From an uncultured Rhodoplanes sp. (GTDB lineage: Bacteria > Pseudomonadota > Alphaproteobacteria > Rhizobiales > Xanthobacteraceae), in the NCBI GenBank assembly GCA_964653225.1, contig CAZZCV010000006.1, forward strand, positions 35,805 to 99,804: 64,000 bases of DNA, in the 5' to 3' direction. Under the pieces are notes generated by a model. That model saw only the letters and a list, made by a program, of their open reading frames with translations, had not been told where the DNA came from and did no database searches. Positions 40,757 through 51,254 of this stretch are shown here, piece by piece. Each line of letters begins with the position of its first letter. Positions within the stretch are counted from its first letter, which is position 1. The position numbers and the translations under genes are program-made.

Positions 40757-40969
40757 ATGGCCAAGAAGGTTCGGAAGCGCCGTCCGGTTGCGAAGCGGCG
40801 CACGACAATTACGATCCAAGGACTTCCGACGAAGCGCGCCGAGCGAATGACTGATGGCCGTTACCGGCTGGTGGCGGTCAAAGGCGCTCGTGTGTTTGTC
40901 GGCACCCTGATCGACACGATCAACAAAGGAAAAATCAGGCTGGCGATCTTCAGTGTGCCTAAGGGATAA
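40757..40969 (+). CDS. Small basic hypothetical protein
   Basis: 70 aa, K/R-rich N-terminus; RBS GGGAGG; AT-rich upstream region with TTGACA at 40694. Confidence 0.6.
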   Translation: MAKKVRKRRPVAKRRTTITIQGLPTKRAERMTDGRYRLVAVKGARVFVGTLIDTINKGKIRLAIFSVPKG

Positions 40970-40972
40970 CCG

Positions 40973-43165
40973 CTACCGCTGCCCGGTCGTCACCACCGGC
41001 TTGATCTCGATGGTCGGCGAGCGCTCCACCACGGCGCGCGCGTGCTTCATCACATGGTCGGCGACGATGGCGTGCGCCTCCGCGGTGGGATGCACCGCGC
41101 CGCTGTAGAGGCCCGCATAGGCCGGCTGCATGATGTCGAACGGCGAGACGCCCTCCGAATGCGTGTTGGCGGCGAGGAAAGCGTCGTTCGGGGTGCGGAA
41201 CAGCCGCCACTTGGCCGCGTAGGGCAGCGCCTCGGCCGGCGAATAGGGGGTGAACGTGCCGGTCAGCCGCGACTTGCGCGGCACCGCCATGTTGAGGCCG
41301 TCCGCGATGGCGCGGCGCGGGTCGCGGGCGCAGATGCCGCGGCGGGCGAACTTGGCCTGGTGCTCGGTGACGAGCGTGAAGCCCGTGCCCTGCCCCGTGG
41401 CTAGCCCCGAGGGGCATCCGCCCTTGCGGGCGTCGGCGGTGCATTCGAGCCGCTTGACGAAATCGCCGAAGAAGGCGGCGGTCTCGGCCAGGCGCTGCCG
41501 GTTCAGCCGCAGCTTGGGATGCACGTCCATGCCCAGCGTCGGCTGGCTGCCGCACAGCTCGCCGCGCTCGTCGAGATGGATCGGCTCGTAGGCATTCTGC
41601 ACCACGCGCGAAGGCTCCACGCCGAAGCCGTCGCGCAGCGCGTCGCGCACCGCCTTCAGCCGCTTGTCGAGCTGGCCGAGGTAGGCGCGCGAGACGTCCG
41701 GCGTGAAGCGGATCTGGTTGCCGATCAGGGCCGCGATGGGCGCGATGTCGGAGGCGCTGTCGGTCATGGCATAGGCCGCGAGCGCGCCGAAGCCCACGTC
41801 GTTGCCGCCGATCGACATCAGCACGAGGTCGATGGCGCGCTTGCGCTGCGCCGGCGGACACCAGCGCTGCTCGACCGTGCGCTGCTCCACGCGGGTGGAG
41901 CCGGCGCCGTAGAACGGCAGCGTATAGCTCGCATGCTGGGTGCGGGCGCGGGAGCCGCCCCGGCACATCAGGTCGCTGAGCTGGTCGAACTGGGCGCGCA
42001 CGCGCGCGTCCTGGCCCTCGCGCGCCGGCATGTCGAGGAACAGACCCTCGGTCACTTCGGAGCCCGAGCACGCCAGCGACACCAGCGTCACCGAACGCTG
42101 CCGGTTCTCCAGCGTAAGCTGCAGGCCGACACGGAACGGATAGCCGTATTGCGAGCGGTGGCAGTCGGCCGACAGCCAGCGCGCGCCCCGCTGCTCGAAG
42201 GCCCGATGGAACTCCTGCGAGGAGGTCCGGTACATCAGCGACTTCTCTTCGTCCTCCAGCCTGCGCCGCGGCAGCACCTTGGGATCGAAGCCCTGGTCCG
42301 CGCTCGCCACGCCGTAGCTCGTGGCGGGCACGCCCTTGCCCGGCCGGTTCGAGGCGTGCTGCTCGTCGCGGTGCATGGTGGGGTCGTAGACCATCTCGCG
42401 CGTGGCGCTGAAGGTCACGGGCCGGTCGGGGTTGCTCTCGCCCGAGGCAAAGGAATCGCCGACCGCGACGATCAGCACGTCCTCCACCGCGACGTTGGGC
42501 TCGGCGAATTCACGGCCGTCGGGAAGCTTCACGGAGACGGAGACGCCGGAGCGGCTGCGTTCGGTCGAATAGGGCACGCGCGCGATCGTGAGCCGGCTCT
42601 TGCACGCGAGCTTGCGGGTCTCGGCCTTGCCGCCGCCGGCGCGCGGGGTCCAGCTCCAGACGCATTCGCCCGCGCCCGCTTCCGCAAGACGCGCGGGAGA
42701 AAGGCCGATGGCGACGGTGTGCGCTTCGGGAAGAATGTAATCTTCCTTCGCCGTACCCCAGGAGTAGCGGCGCTCGCACACGGTCGGATAGCGGCGCGGG
42801 CTGGCGTTGCTCTCGTAGCAGACCGCGTTCAGCGTCTGCGAGGCCCAGCCGAGCCGGGACTGCTCGTAGCGCGCGCGCCGGGTCGCCGCGCATGTCTCGG
42901 GCGTCGAAGCGTCCTTGCAATCGGGATCGTTGAGCCGGCGTTCCGTGCGCCACACCACGTCGGCGGGCAGCGGCGAACCCGGATTGCCGCGCGCCTGCCG
43001 ATAGGCGCGCTCGTGCAGCGCATAAGCGCTCGTGTTCTTGAAGAAACGGAACGGGCTCTCGACCTCCCACACGAGGTCCGAGGCTTGGCCCGAGGCTTGG
43101 CCGGTCCCGCCCGCAGCCGCCAGAAGGGCGCAACCCAAGGCAGCCTTCACCCAAGACTGACGCAT
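40973..43165 (-). CDS. Secreted SGNH/GDSL-hydrolase-like protein, Cys-rich
   Basis: Signal peptide; block I GDSFASGE, SLACSG, block III SIGGND, C-terminal VHPT. Confidence 0.75.
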   Translation of the reverse strand: MRQSWVKAALGCALLAAAGGTGQASGQASDLVWEVESPFRFFKNTSAYALHERAYRQARGNPGSPLPADVVWRTERRLNDPDCKDASTPETCAATRRARYEQSRLGWASQTLNAVCYESNASPRRYPTVCERRYSWGTAKEDYILPEAHTVAIGLSPARLAEAGAGECVWSWTPRAGGGKAETRKLACKSRLTIARVPYSTERSRSGVSVSVKLPDGREFAEPNVAVEDVLIVAVGDSFASGESNPDRPVTFSATREMVYDPTMHRDEQHASNRPGKGVPATSYGVASADQGFDPKVLPRRRLEDEEKSLMYRTSSQEFHRAFEQRGARWLSADCHRSQYGYPFRVGLQLTLENRQRSVTLVSLACSGSEVTEGLFLDMPAREGQDARVRAQFDQLSDLMCRGGSRARTQHASYTLPFYGAGSTRVEQRTVEQRWCPPAQRKRAIDLVLMSIGGNDVGFGALAAYAMTDSASDIAPIAALIGNQIRFTPDVSRAYLGQLDKRLKAVRDALRDGFGVEPSRVVQNAYEPIHLDERGELCGSQPTLGMDVHPKLRLNRQRLAETAAFFGDFVKRLECTADARKGGCPSGLATGQGTGFTLVTEHQAKFARRGICARDPRRAIADGLNMAVPRKSRLTGTFTPYSPAEALPYAAKWRLFRTPNDAFLAANTHSEGVSPFDIMQPAYAGLYSGAVHPTAEAHAIVADHVMKHARAVVERSPTIEIKPVVTTGQR

Positions 43166-43189
43166 CCCACGCTCCCCGCCGCACTCTCG

Positions 43190-43205
43190 TTAAGACTACG
43201 TTAAC
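43190..43205. promoter_or_regulatory. CtrA box (TTAA-N7-TTAAC)
   Basis: TTAA-GACTACG-TTAAC, 25-40 bp upstream of the SGNH-like gene start. Confidence 0.8.
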
Positions 43206-43290
43206 CCTTTCGTCCCGGCGAGCGCCGTCTGGGTTCATGGCTAACGGGGAAAAATCGACAAAGCCCCTGCGATTTACGGACAATTTGAAT

Positions 43291-43341
43291 TATTCTGGTC
43301 TGGTCAAACTAGTTATATTCTGCCAGATTCCGACCAGAATA
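43291..43341. promoter_or_regulatory. Inverted repeat upstream of TA operon (probable antitoxin operator region)
   Basis: TATTCTGGTC (43291-43300) ... GACCAGAATA (43332-43341), AT-rich spacer containing ACTAGT. Confidence 0.55.
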
Positions 43342-43362
43342 GACCGGATGGGGGAGCGGGCC

Positions 43363-43620
43363 ATGAAGCAGATCGGCATTTTCGACGCCAAAACCCACCT
43401 CTCCAGCCTCGTCGACGAGGTGGAGAGGGGCGAGGAGATCGTCATCACGCGGCACGGAAAGCCGGTCGCCCGGCTGGTGCAGGCGGAGGATCGGCTCACG
43501 CCGGAGAAGATCGCGAAGCGGAGAGAGGCGCTCGAACGGCTACGTCGGATCGCGCAGGAGCTGAAAATCAATCCGACCCACAAGGAGATCAAAAGCTGGA
43601 TCAACGAGGGGCGCCATTGA
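43363..43620 (+). CDS. Phd/YefM family antitoxin
   Basis: IGIFDAKTHLSSLVDEVERGEEIVITRHGKPVARLV. Confidence 0.92.
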   Translation: MKQIGIFDAKTHLSSLVDEVERGEEIVITRHGKPVARLVQAEDRLTPEKIAKRREALERLRRIAQELKINPTHKEIKSWINEGRH

Positions 43621-44027
43621 TCGTCCTCGATGCCTCGCTCATGATCGCATGGCTTCTCAACGAGCCGGCGCGCGTTCCTGCGCCGGAGATCGACGAACTG
43701 CTGGAGCGTGAAACACTCGTCGTCCCCGCTCATTGGACGGCCGAGATCGGAAATGCGCTGGTCGTGAATGTGCGGCACGGGCGCCTGCCTGCGGATCGCC
43801 TGCATGCGATGATCGAAGATTGCCACGCGCTGAGCCTCGAGCTGGAGCCCGAACTGCCAATGAGCAGCCTTGGCGCGATCAGCGAGCTGGCGCTGGCATT
43901 CCGGCTGGCGCTCTCCGACGCCGTCTATGTGCAGATTGCTTTCGAACGCTCGATTCCGCTTGCAACGCTCGACAACGAGATGCGCGCCGCCGCACGGCAC
44001 CTCGGCGTCAGCCTCATCCCGGCCTGA
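43617..44027 (+). CDS. vapC: VapC PIN-domain toxin
   Basis: IVLDAS, E(IGNAL), SDAVY, LATLD acidic PIN residues; TTG start overlaps antitoxin stop. Confidence 0.88.
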   Translation: MIVLDASLMIAWLLNEPARVPAPEIDELLERETLVVPAHWTAEIGNALVVNVRHGRLPADRLHAMIEDCHALSLELEPELPMSSLGAISELALAFRLALSDAVYVQIAFERSIPLATLDNEMRAAARHLGVSLIPA

Positions 44028-44029
44028 CC

Positions 44030-45013
44030 ATGTCCAGCGCACCCGACATCCCCGCCCTCGCCGCCGGCATCCGCGACGGCGACCGCGCCACGCTGGCGCG
44101 CGCCATCACGCTGATCGAGAGCAAGCGCGCCGACCATCGCGCGGCCGCGCACCGCCTGGTTCAGGAGCTTCTGCCGCATACCGGCGGCGCCATCCGCGTC
44201 GGCATCACCGGCGCGCCCGGCGTCGGCAAGTCCACCACCATCGATGCGCTCGGCGCGCATCTCACCGCCCAGGGATGCAAGGTCGCCGTGCTCGCCGTCG
44301 ATCCGTCCTCGACGCGCACCGGCGGCTCGATCCTCGGCGACAAGACCCGCATGGCGCGGCTCTCGATCGATCCCAACGCCTTCGTGCGGCCCTCGCCCTC
44401 CTCAGGCACGCTCGGCGGCGTGGCGGCCAGGACTCGTGAAACCTTGCTCCTGTGCGAGGCCGCCGGCCACGACGTCGTGCTGGTCGAAACGGTTGGCATC
44501 GGCCAGTCGGAAACGGCGGTCGCGGACATGACCGACTTCTTCCTCGCGTTGATGCTGCCGGGCGCAGGCGATGAGTTGCAGGGCATCAAGAAGGGCCTGG
44601 TGGAGCTGGCCGACATGATCGCGGTCAACAAGGCGGACGGCGACAATCTCTCTCGCGCGCGCGCGGCTGCGGCAGAGTATCGCGCGGCGCTTCACATCCT
44701 CAGGCCGCGCTCGGCGAACTGGACGCCGCCGGTCGTGACCTATTCGGCGCTGACCGGCGACGGCATCGCCGAGTTGTGGGCGCAAGTGCGGCTGCATCGC
44801 GAGCGCCTGTCCGCGACCGGCGAGCACGCCGCTCGCCGCCGCGAGCAGCAGGTGAAGTGGATGTGGTCCATGCTGGAGGAGCGCATCCACGCACGGCTGC
44901 ATTCCGGCCGCGGCGTCGAATCCGGAATCAGGGCCATCGAAGCGGAGGTGGCAGCCGGACGGCTTTCGCCCGCGCTTGCGGCCGATCGGGCCGCAGCACT
45001 GCTTGGACTGTGA
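44030..45013 (+). CDS. meaB: Methylmalonyl-CoA mutase-associated GTPase MeaB
   Basis: GITGAPGVGKST, AVDPSS.RTGGSILGDKTRM, ETVGIGQSE, GDELQGIKKG, NKAD. Confidence 0.96.
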   Translation: MSSAPDIPALAAGIRDGDRATLARAITLIESKRADHRAAAHRLVQELLPHTGGAIRVGITGAPGVGKSTTIDALGAHLTAQGCKVAVLAVDPSSTRTGGSILGDKTRMARLSIDPNAFVRPSPSSGTLGGVAARTRETLLLCEAAGHDVVLVETVGIGQSETAVADMTDFFLALMLPGAGDELQGIKKGLVELADMIAVNKADGDNLSRARAAAAEYRAALHILRPRSANWTPPVVTYSALTGDGIAELWAQVRLHRERLSATGEHAARRREQQVKWMWSMLEERIHARLHSGRGVESGIRAIEAEVAAGRLSPALAADRAAALLGL

Positions 45014-45124
45014 TGCGCTTCGATAAAAGCCGGCAGCGCGTTGCTTTATTGATTGCTAAACATTGCATATCTAGGATCGCAGCCGGCGTCTGACCGATGA
45101 CGCCCGTTATGGACGATGCAGGCT

Positions 45125-45415
45125 ATGGACGGTGAAAAGCGGACCTCCCGGCGCAAGCATCTCCAGTTTCCCGCCCGCATCCTGTCCGAGCACAGCAACG
45201 ATCCGGTGCCCTGCCTGCTCACCGACATTTCGGAAACCGGCGCGCGCGTCAGCCTGCAATCGGCCGACAAGTTGCCCGAAACCGAGACCGTCACGCTGGT
45301 TCTGAGCACGCAGGGCGTGAAGCGGCGCTGCCGCATCGCCTGGCGCGAGGGCAGCGATATGGGCATGGAGTTTATCAGGCCGGGCGGCTCCCTGCGGCGC
45401 AAGCACCCCGCCTGA
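45125..45415 (+). CDS. Single-domain PilZ protein
   Basis: RxxxR (RTSRR) and DISETGA (D/NxSxxG) c-di-GMP motifs; C..AW...MGMEF. Confidence 0.85.
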   Translation: MDGEKRTSRRKHLQFPARILSEHSNDPVPCLLTDISETGARVSLQSADKLPETETVTLVLSTQGVKRRCRIAWREGSDMGMEFIRPGGSLRRKHPA

Positions 45416-45583
45416 TGCAGCCCGCCCTCTTCCGCTTGTCCCGCCGCCGTCCAGGATCGGCACAGGCGGCGCAAGACGCGGCGGATGGACGCCGCCGCCT
45501 GTACCGATCCGACACAGAACCCGATCAGAACCGCTGGCGCGGAATTTGAAGTCTCCGGTCCCGACACCTGAACGGGACCGATC

Positions 45584-46942
45584 ATGGACCTTCCCCGCCG
45601 CCGCTTCGTCGCCCTCACGGCCCTCTCGGGGGCGCTGCCCGCCACCGCGCTCGCGGTGCCGGCAGCCGCGAGCCCCCGGTCCACGCTGGGGGTGGACGCC
45701 ACCGCACTCGGCGTGCGCGCCGGCGGCGGCGCCGACCAGACCCGCATGCTGCAGGCCGCCATCGACAGCACCGCAGGCCAGCGCGTGCCGCTGGTGCTCG
45801 GTCCCGGCGAGTACCGCACCGGCGAACTGCGCCTGCCGGTCGGCGCGCAGATCTTCGGCGTGCGCGGCGCGACCCGTCTCGTCTTCACCGGCGGCTCGGC
45901 CATGATCTCTGGCCCGCGCGCCGACACCGTGACCCTGTCCGGCCTCACGCTCGACGGCAACAACCGTCCGCTGCCGGACGGCGGCGCGCTGGTCCGCATG
46001 ACCGAGGCCGGCGAGCTGCGCATCCTCGACTGCGACATCGTCGGCTCGACCCGCAACGGCATCGCGCTGGAGGCGGTCGCCGGCCTGATCGCCGGCAACA
46101 CCATCATGGGCTGCGGCGACGCCGGGATCCTGTCGCGCAATGCCCGCGGCCTGACGATCCAGGGCAACAACGTCCGCAACGCCGGCAACAACGGCATCCT
46201 GGTCTGGCGCTCGGAGAAGGGCGACGACGGCACCCTGGTCGCCGACAACCGGATCGAGGACATCGCCAACCGGCGCGGCGGCTCCGGCCAGTACGGCAAC
46301 GCCGTGAACGTGTTCCGTGCCGCCAACGTGATCGTGCGCGGCAACCGGATCGCGCGCGCGGCCTTCACCGCGGTACGCGGCAACGCCGCCTCCAATCTCC
46401 AGATCACCGGCAACACCATCAGCGACGTGGGCGAGGTCGCGCTCTACGCCGAGTTCGGCTTCGAAGGCGCGGTGATCGCCAACAACACGGTGGACGGAGC
46501 CGCCATCGGCGTCGCCGTGACCAACTTCAACGAAGGCGGGCGGCTCGCCGTGGTGCAGGGCAACCTGATCCGCAACCTGAAACCGAAGCGCCCTGCGGGC
46601 ACCGATCCGAACGACGGCGCCGGCATCGGCATCGCGGTGGAGGCCGACGCCTCCGTCACCGGCAACGTGATCGAGAACGCCCCCACCGCCGGCATCAACG
46701 TCGGCTGGGGCCGGCACCAGCGCGACGTCTCGGTGGTCGGCAACGTGGTGCGCAGCGCCGAATTCGGCATCGCCGTGTCGGTGGCCACGGGCGCGGGCAG
46801 CGTCATCATCAGCGGCAACATGATCTCCGGCGCGCGCCGCGCCGTGGTCGGCATGGACTACGCCCGCGCCGTGCCCGGCGATCTCGCACAGGAGCCGACC
46901 CGCTTCGCCAACCTTCAGATCGCCGGCAACCGGGTGCGCTGA
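45584..46942 (+). CDS. Tat-exported right-handed beta-helix protein (TIGR03808-like)
   Basis: RRRF Tat signal; many I.GN.I/V repeats; GGSGQYGNAVNVFRA, GEVALYAEFGFEGAVIANN. Confidence 0.85.
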   Translation: MDLPRRRFVALTALSGALPATALAVPAAASPRSTLGVDATALGVRAGGGADQTRMLQAAIDSTAGQRVPLVLGPGEYRTGELRLPVGAQIFGVRGATRLVFTGGSAMISGPRADTVTLSGLTLDGNNRPLPDGGALVRMTEAGELRILDCDIVGSTRNGIALEAVAGLIAGNTIMGCGDAGILSRNARGLTIQGNNVRNAGNNGILVWRSEKGDDGTLVADNRIEDIANRRGGSGQYGNAVNVFRAANVIVRGNRIARAAFTAVRGNAASNLQITGNTISDVGEVALYAEFGFEGAVIANNTVDGAAIGVAVTNFNEGGRLAVVQGNLIRNLKPKRPAGTDPNDGAGIGIAVEADASVTGNVIENAPTAGINVGWGRHQRDVSVVGNVVRSAEFGIAVSVATGAGSVIISGNMISGARRAVVGMDYARAVPGDLAQEPTRFANLQIAGNRVR

Positions 46943-47065
46943 GGCCGCCGGACGGGCGCTCGCGCTCCGGCAGGGTCGCGACGCGGCCGCCGCGCATGAC
47001 TCAACATTAATGTGATCGGCCCCGTGCTTGCCACGATCGGCAGGCGTACATTGATATCCGATCCG

Positions 47066-47884
47066 ATGGACCCGACCGTGCCCGCCTCCGACCCCGCTTC
47101 CCCGCCGCGCCGGCGCCGACGGCGACCGATCCTGAAAGCCCTGCTCGCGCTGTTCCTGCTGCCGATCGCGATCGCGGCGGGCGTGCTCGCCTATCAGGGC
47201 GGGCCGACGCACTGGTCACAATGGGACCGGACGGTCACGAGCCGTCTTCCGGCGGCGGCGGCGGATTCCGAGGCGCGCATCCTGGTGATGGCGGGGCGCA
47301 CCCGCGGCTGGAAGGGCGCGGTTGCTGTCCACAGCTGGATCGCGTTCAAGGAGCGCGGCGGCGCATGGCGGCGCTACGACGTGGCTGGCTGGGGCAATCC
47401 GGTGCGGCTGAACTGGTGGCCGCCGGACCTGTGGTTCGGCCAGCACGGCGAGCTGGTGGTCGATCTTCGCGGCGACCGGGTGGAGCCGCTGATCCCGCGC
47501 ATCGAGGCCGCGATCAAGGACTACCGTTACGCCAACGCCGGCGACTACCGGATGTGGCCGGGCCCCAACAGCAACACCTTCGTCGCGGCCGTCCTGCGCG
47601 CGGTGCCGGAGATCGGCGTCACGCTGCCGCCGAACGCCATCGGCCGCGACTTCCGCCCCCTGCCCTATGCGGGACTCACCGACAGCCGCACCGGCGTGGA
47701 GGCGAGCCTGTGGGGCCTCTTCGGCGTCAAGCTTGGCTGGGTCGAGGGCGTGGAGCTGAATGTGCTGGGCTTCGTCGCAGGCCTCGACCTGCGCCATCCG
47801 GCCGTGAAGCTTCCGGGCTTCGGCCGCCTCGGCTTCGAGACTCTGACCGCCACCGCGCAGCCGCGTCCGAACGGATCGGACTAA
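47066..47884 (+). CDS. DUF3750 domain protein
   Basis: N-terminal TM; WKGAVAVHSWI, RYDVAGWG, YRMWPGPNSNTF, LPPNAIGRD. Confidence 0.85.
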   Translation: MDPTVPASDPASPPRRRRRRPILKALLALFLLPIAIAAGVLAYQGGPTHWSQWDRTVTSRLPAAAADSEARILVMAGRTRGWKGAVAVHSWIAFKERGGAWRRYDVAGWGNPVRLNWWPPDLWFGQHGELVVDLRGDRVEPLIPRIEAAIKDYRYANAGDYRMWPGPNSNTFVAAVLRAVPEIGVTLPPNAIGRDFRPLPYAGLTDSRTGVEASLWGLFGVKLGWVEGVELNVLGFVAGLDLRHPAVKLPGFGRLGFETLTATAQPRPNGSD

Positions 47885-48444
47885 ACGGTCGCGCCCTGCG
47901 CCTTGGGGCGGCGCAGATGCTCGTCGAGCCGCGGCATGATCTCGACGAAGTTGCAGGGCCGGTAGCGGTAGTCGAGCTGGTGCACCAGGATCTCGTCCCA
48001 GGCGTCGCGGCACGCTCCCGGCGATCCCGGCAGGCAGAAGATGTAGGTCGCGCCCGCCACGCCGGCGGTGGCGCGGGTCTGGATCGCCGAGGTGCCGATC
48101 TTGGCGTGGCTCACCATCAGGAACAGCGTGGCGAAGCCATCCATCCGCTTCTCGAACATCGGCTCCAGCGCCTCGGGCGTCACGTCGCGGCCGGTGAAGC
48201 CGGTGCCGCCGGTGGTGATGACCACGTCGATCGCGGGATCGTCGATCCAGCCCCTCACCTGCGCGCGGATGCGCTCCACGTCGTCGGTGACGATCGCGCG
48301 CGCCGCCACCGCGTGGCCGGCCTGTTCGATCCGCTCGGCCAGCGTCGCGCCGGATTTGTCGTCGGCCGTCTCGCGCGTGTCGGAGACGGTCAGCACCGCG
48401 ATCTTGAGCGGGACGAACTGGCGGCTCTCGTCGATGCCCGGCAT
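47881..48444 (-). CDS. moaB: Molybdenum cofactor biosynthesis protein B
   Basis: IAVLTVSDTR, DKSG, TTGGTGFTGRDVTPEA, LPGSPGAC, PCNF. Confidence 0.93.
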   Translation of the reverse strand: MPGIDESRQFVPLKIAVLTVSDTRETADDKSGATLAERIEQAGHAVAARAIVTDDVERIRAQVRGWIDDPAIDVVITTGGTGFTGRDVTPEALEPMFEKRMDGFATLFLMVSHAKIGTSAIQTRATAGVAGATYIFCLPGSPGACRDAWDEILVHQLDYRYRPCNFVEIMPRLDEHLRRPKAQGATV

Positions 48445-48447
48445 GGG

Positions 48448-49377
48448 TCAGAGCGAGACGTTCTGGGCGAAGGTGTTGCAGGACGAGACCCTGCCGTCCT
48501 TCAGGCCGATGCTGAACCAGCGCCGGCGCTGCTCGGCCGAGCCGTGGGTGAAGGAATCCGGCACCACCTGTCCCTGCGACTTGCGTTGCAGCGTGTCGTC
48601 GCCGATCGCGGAGGCGGTCTGCAACGCGGCCTCGACGTCGCCGGCCTCCAGCAGGCGGTACTTCCTGTCGGCATGGTGCGCCCACACGCCGGCAAAGCAG
48701 TCCGCCTGCAACTCCACACGCACCTGGATGCGGTTCGACGCCGTGCGGTCGCCCGCCGCGCGCTGCGCCTGCTGCGCCTTGTTGAGGATACCGAGCTGGT
48801 TCTGGACGTGATGGCCGACCTCGTGCGCGATCACGTAGGCCTGCGCGAACTTGCAGGACTCGCCGCTGCATCCGCGGAACCGGCGCTCCAGCTCGGTGAA
48901 GAACGAGGTGTCGAGATAGATCTCGCGGCTCGGCGGGCAGTAGAACGGGCCCATCGCGCTCTGCGCCATGCCGCAGGCCGAGGCGTTGGTGCGGCCGGTG
49001 AACATGACGAGCCGCGGCGGCCGATAGCTCTGGCCGGCCTGCTCGAAGATCACCTTCCACTGCTGGTCCGCGCTGCCGAGCACGGCGGCGACGAACTTGC
49101 CCATCTCGTCGCTCGGCGCGCCGGTCGGGCGCTGCGGAGCGGGACGAGCGTCCTGCTGGAATGATCCACCGCCGCCGCCCATCAGGATTTCCGCGCCGCC
49201 GATCAAGAGGCGCGGGTCGATGCCAAGCGCCCAGCCGACGAGGCCGAGCACGACGACGGTGCCGATGCCGAGCCCGCCGCGTCCGCCCGGCAGGCCGCCG
49301 CCCGGCCCGCCCGAGCCGGGCCCGTCGCCGCGCCGGTCATCGATGTTGTCGCTGCGCGGCAGCTCGTCCCAGCGCAT
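48448..49377 (-). CDS. Neutral zinc metallopeptidase (YpfJ family)
   Basis: SDNIDDRRG, GPFYCP, YVIAHEVGHHVQ, ELQADCFAG, SFTHGS; start ATG 49377. Confidence 0.92.
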   Translation of the reverse strand: MRWDELPRSDNIDDRRGDGPGSGGPGGGLPGGRGGLGIGTVVVLGLVGWALGIDPRLLIGGAEILMGGGGGSFQQDARPAPQRPTGAPSDEMGKFVAAVLGSADQQWKVIFEQAGQSYRPPRLVMFTGRTNASACGMAQSAMGPFYCPPSREIYLDTSFFTELERRFRGCSGESCKFAQAYVIAHEVGHHVQNQLGILNKAQQAQRAAGDRTASNRIQVRVELQADCFAGVWAHHADRKYRLLEAGDVEAALQTASAIGDDTLQRKSQGQVVPDSFTHGSAEQRRRWFSIGLKDGRVSSCNTFAQNVSL

Positions 49378-49636
49378 TGATTCTCTCTCCGCCCGACCGA
49401 TCCGCGAGCCAACCCGGCAAATGTTGCCGGGTGCCGCGCCGGAAGTCCATGCACCTTCGCCGCTCCATCGCATGAACGGCGGAAATACGACCCTGTTCCA
49501 TATGGTTTGCAATGTGTTGGACGAAAGATGGCGATTTTATCATCAACCGAATTTTTACCTTGGGCCGCCATAGTCACGGGCGTCGGTTGTTAGGTCCCGC
49601 GTCGCCGACTGCGTCGCCTGAGTATCAGAGTTCTGA

Positions 49637-50788
<1,152 letters not shown>

Positions 50789-50791
50789 GCG

Positions 50792-50822
50792 CCGCCCCGG
50801 ATCGATCCGGGGCGGGCCTTTT
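50792..50822. terminator. 24-bp perfect palindrome between convergent ccrM and RidA genes
   Basis: CCGCCCCGGATCGATCCGGGGCGG followed by GCCTTTT. Confidence 0.65.
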
Positions 50823-50835
50823 CGGGAACGACGCT

Positions 50836-51186
50836 CTAACGCGCCGCCGTGACCTGGATCTCGATCCCCTTGGCCGCCGACTGCAGCCGCGCCTCGACGC
50901 AGGCCCGCGCCGGACCGCTGCCCGGCACCACCCAGCCGTCCCAGACCTTGTTGAACTCGTCCACGGTGCGGATGTCCTGCAGCCAGATCATGGCCTGCAG
51001 CAGCTTCGACTTGTCGGTGCCGCCCTGCGCCAGAAGCCGGTCGATGCGGCCGAGGATTTCCTGGGTCTGCTCGCCGACGCTCTTGCCCACCGTCGCCTCC
51101 GCGGTGAGGCCGGCCAGATAGACCGTGTTGTTGTGCACCACCACGCGGCTCATGCGCGGCCCATTCTCGAAGCGCTCGATCGTCAC
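50836..51186 (-). CDS. RidA family protein (YoaB-like)
   Basis: RMSRVVVHNNTVYLAG, QTQEIL..ID..L...GTDKSKLL, NKVWDGW, PARACVEA; GTG start with GGAG RBS. Confidence 0.9.
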   Translation of the reverse strand: MTIERFENGPRMSRVVVHNNTVYLAGLTAEATVGKSVGEQTQEILGRIDRLLAQGGTDKSKLLQAMIWLQDIRTVDEFNKVWDGWVVPGSGPARACVEARLQSAAKGIEIQVTAAR

Positions 51187-51254
51187 GATAGTCTCCTGGC
51201 TTGAAGGACGAGAGCGGAGGATAGAGCGCGCGCCCGTCCGCGCCAACCGGCGTC

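Noticed and set aside
49530-49565. CtrA box upstream of ccrM
   Set aside because: Expected biologically, but the best match (TCAA-N7/8-TTTA/TTAC) is too degenerate to call from sequence alone.
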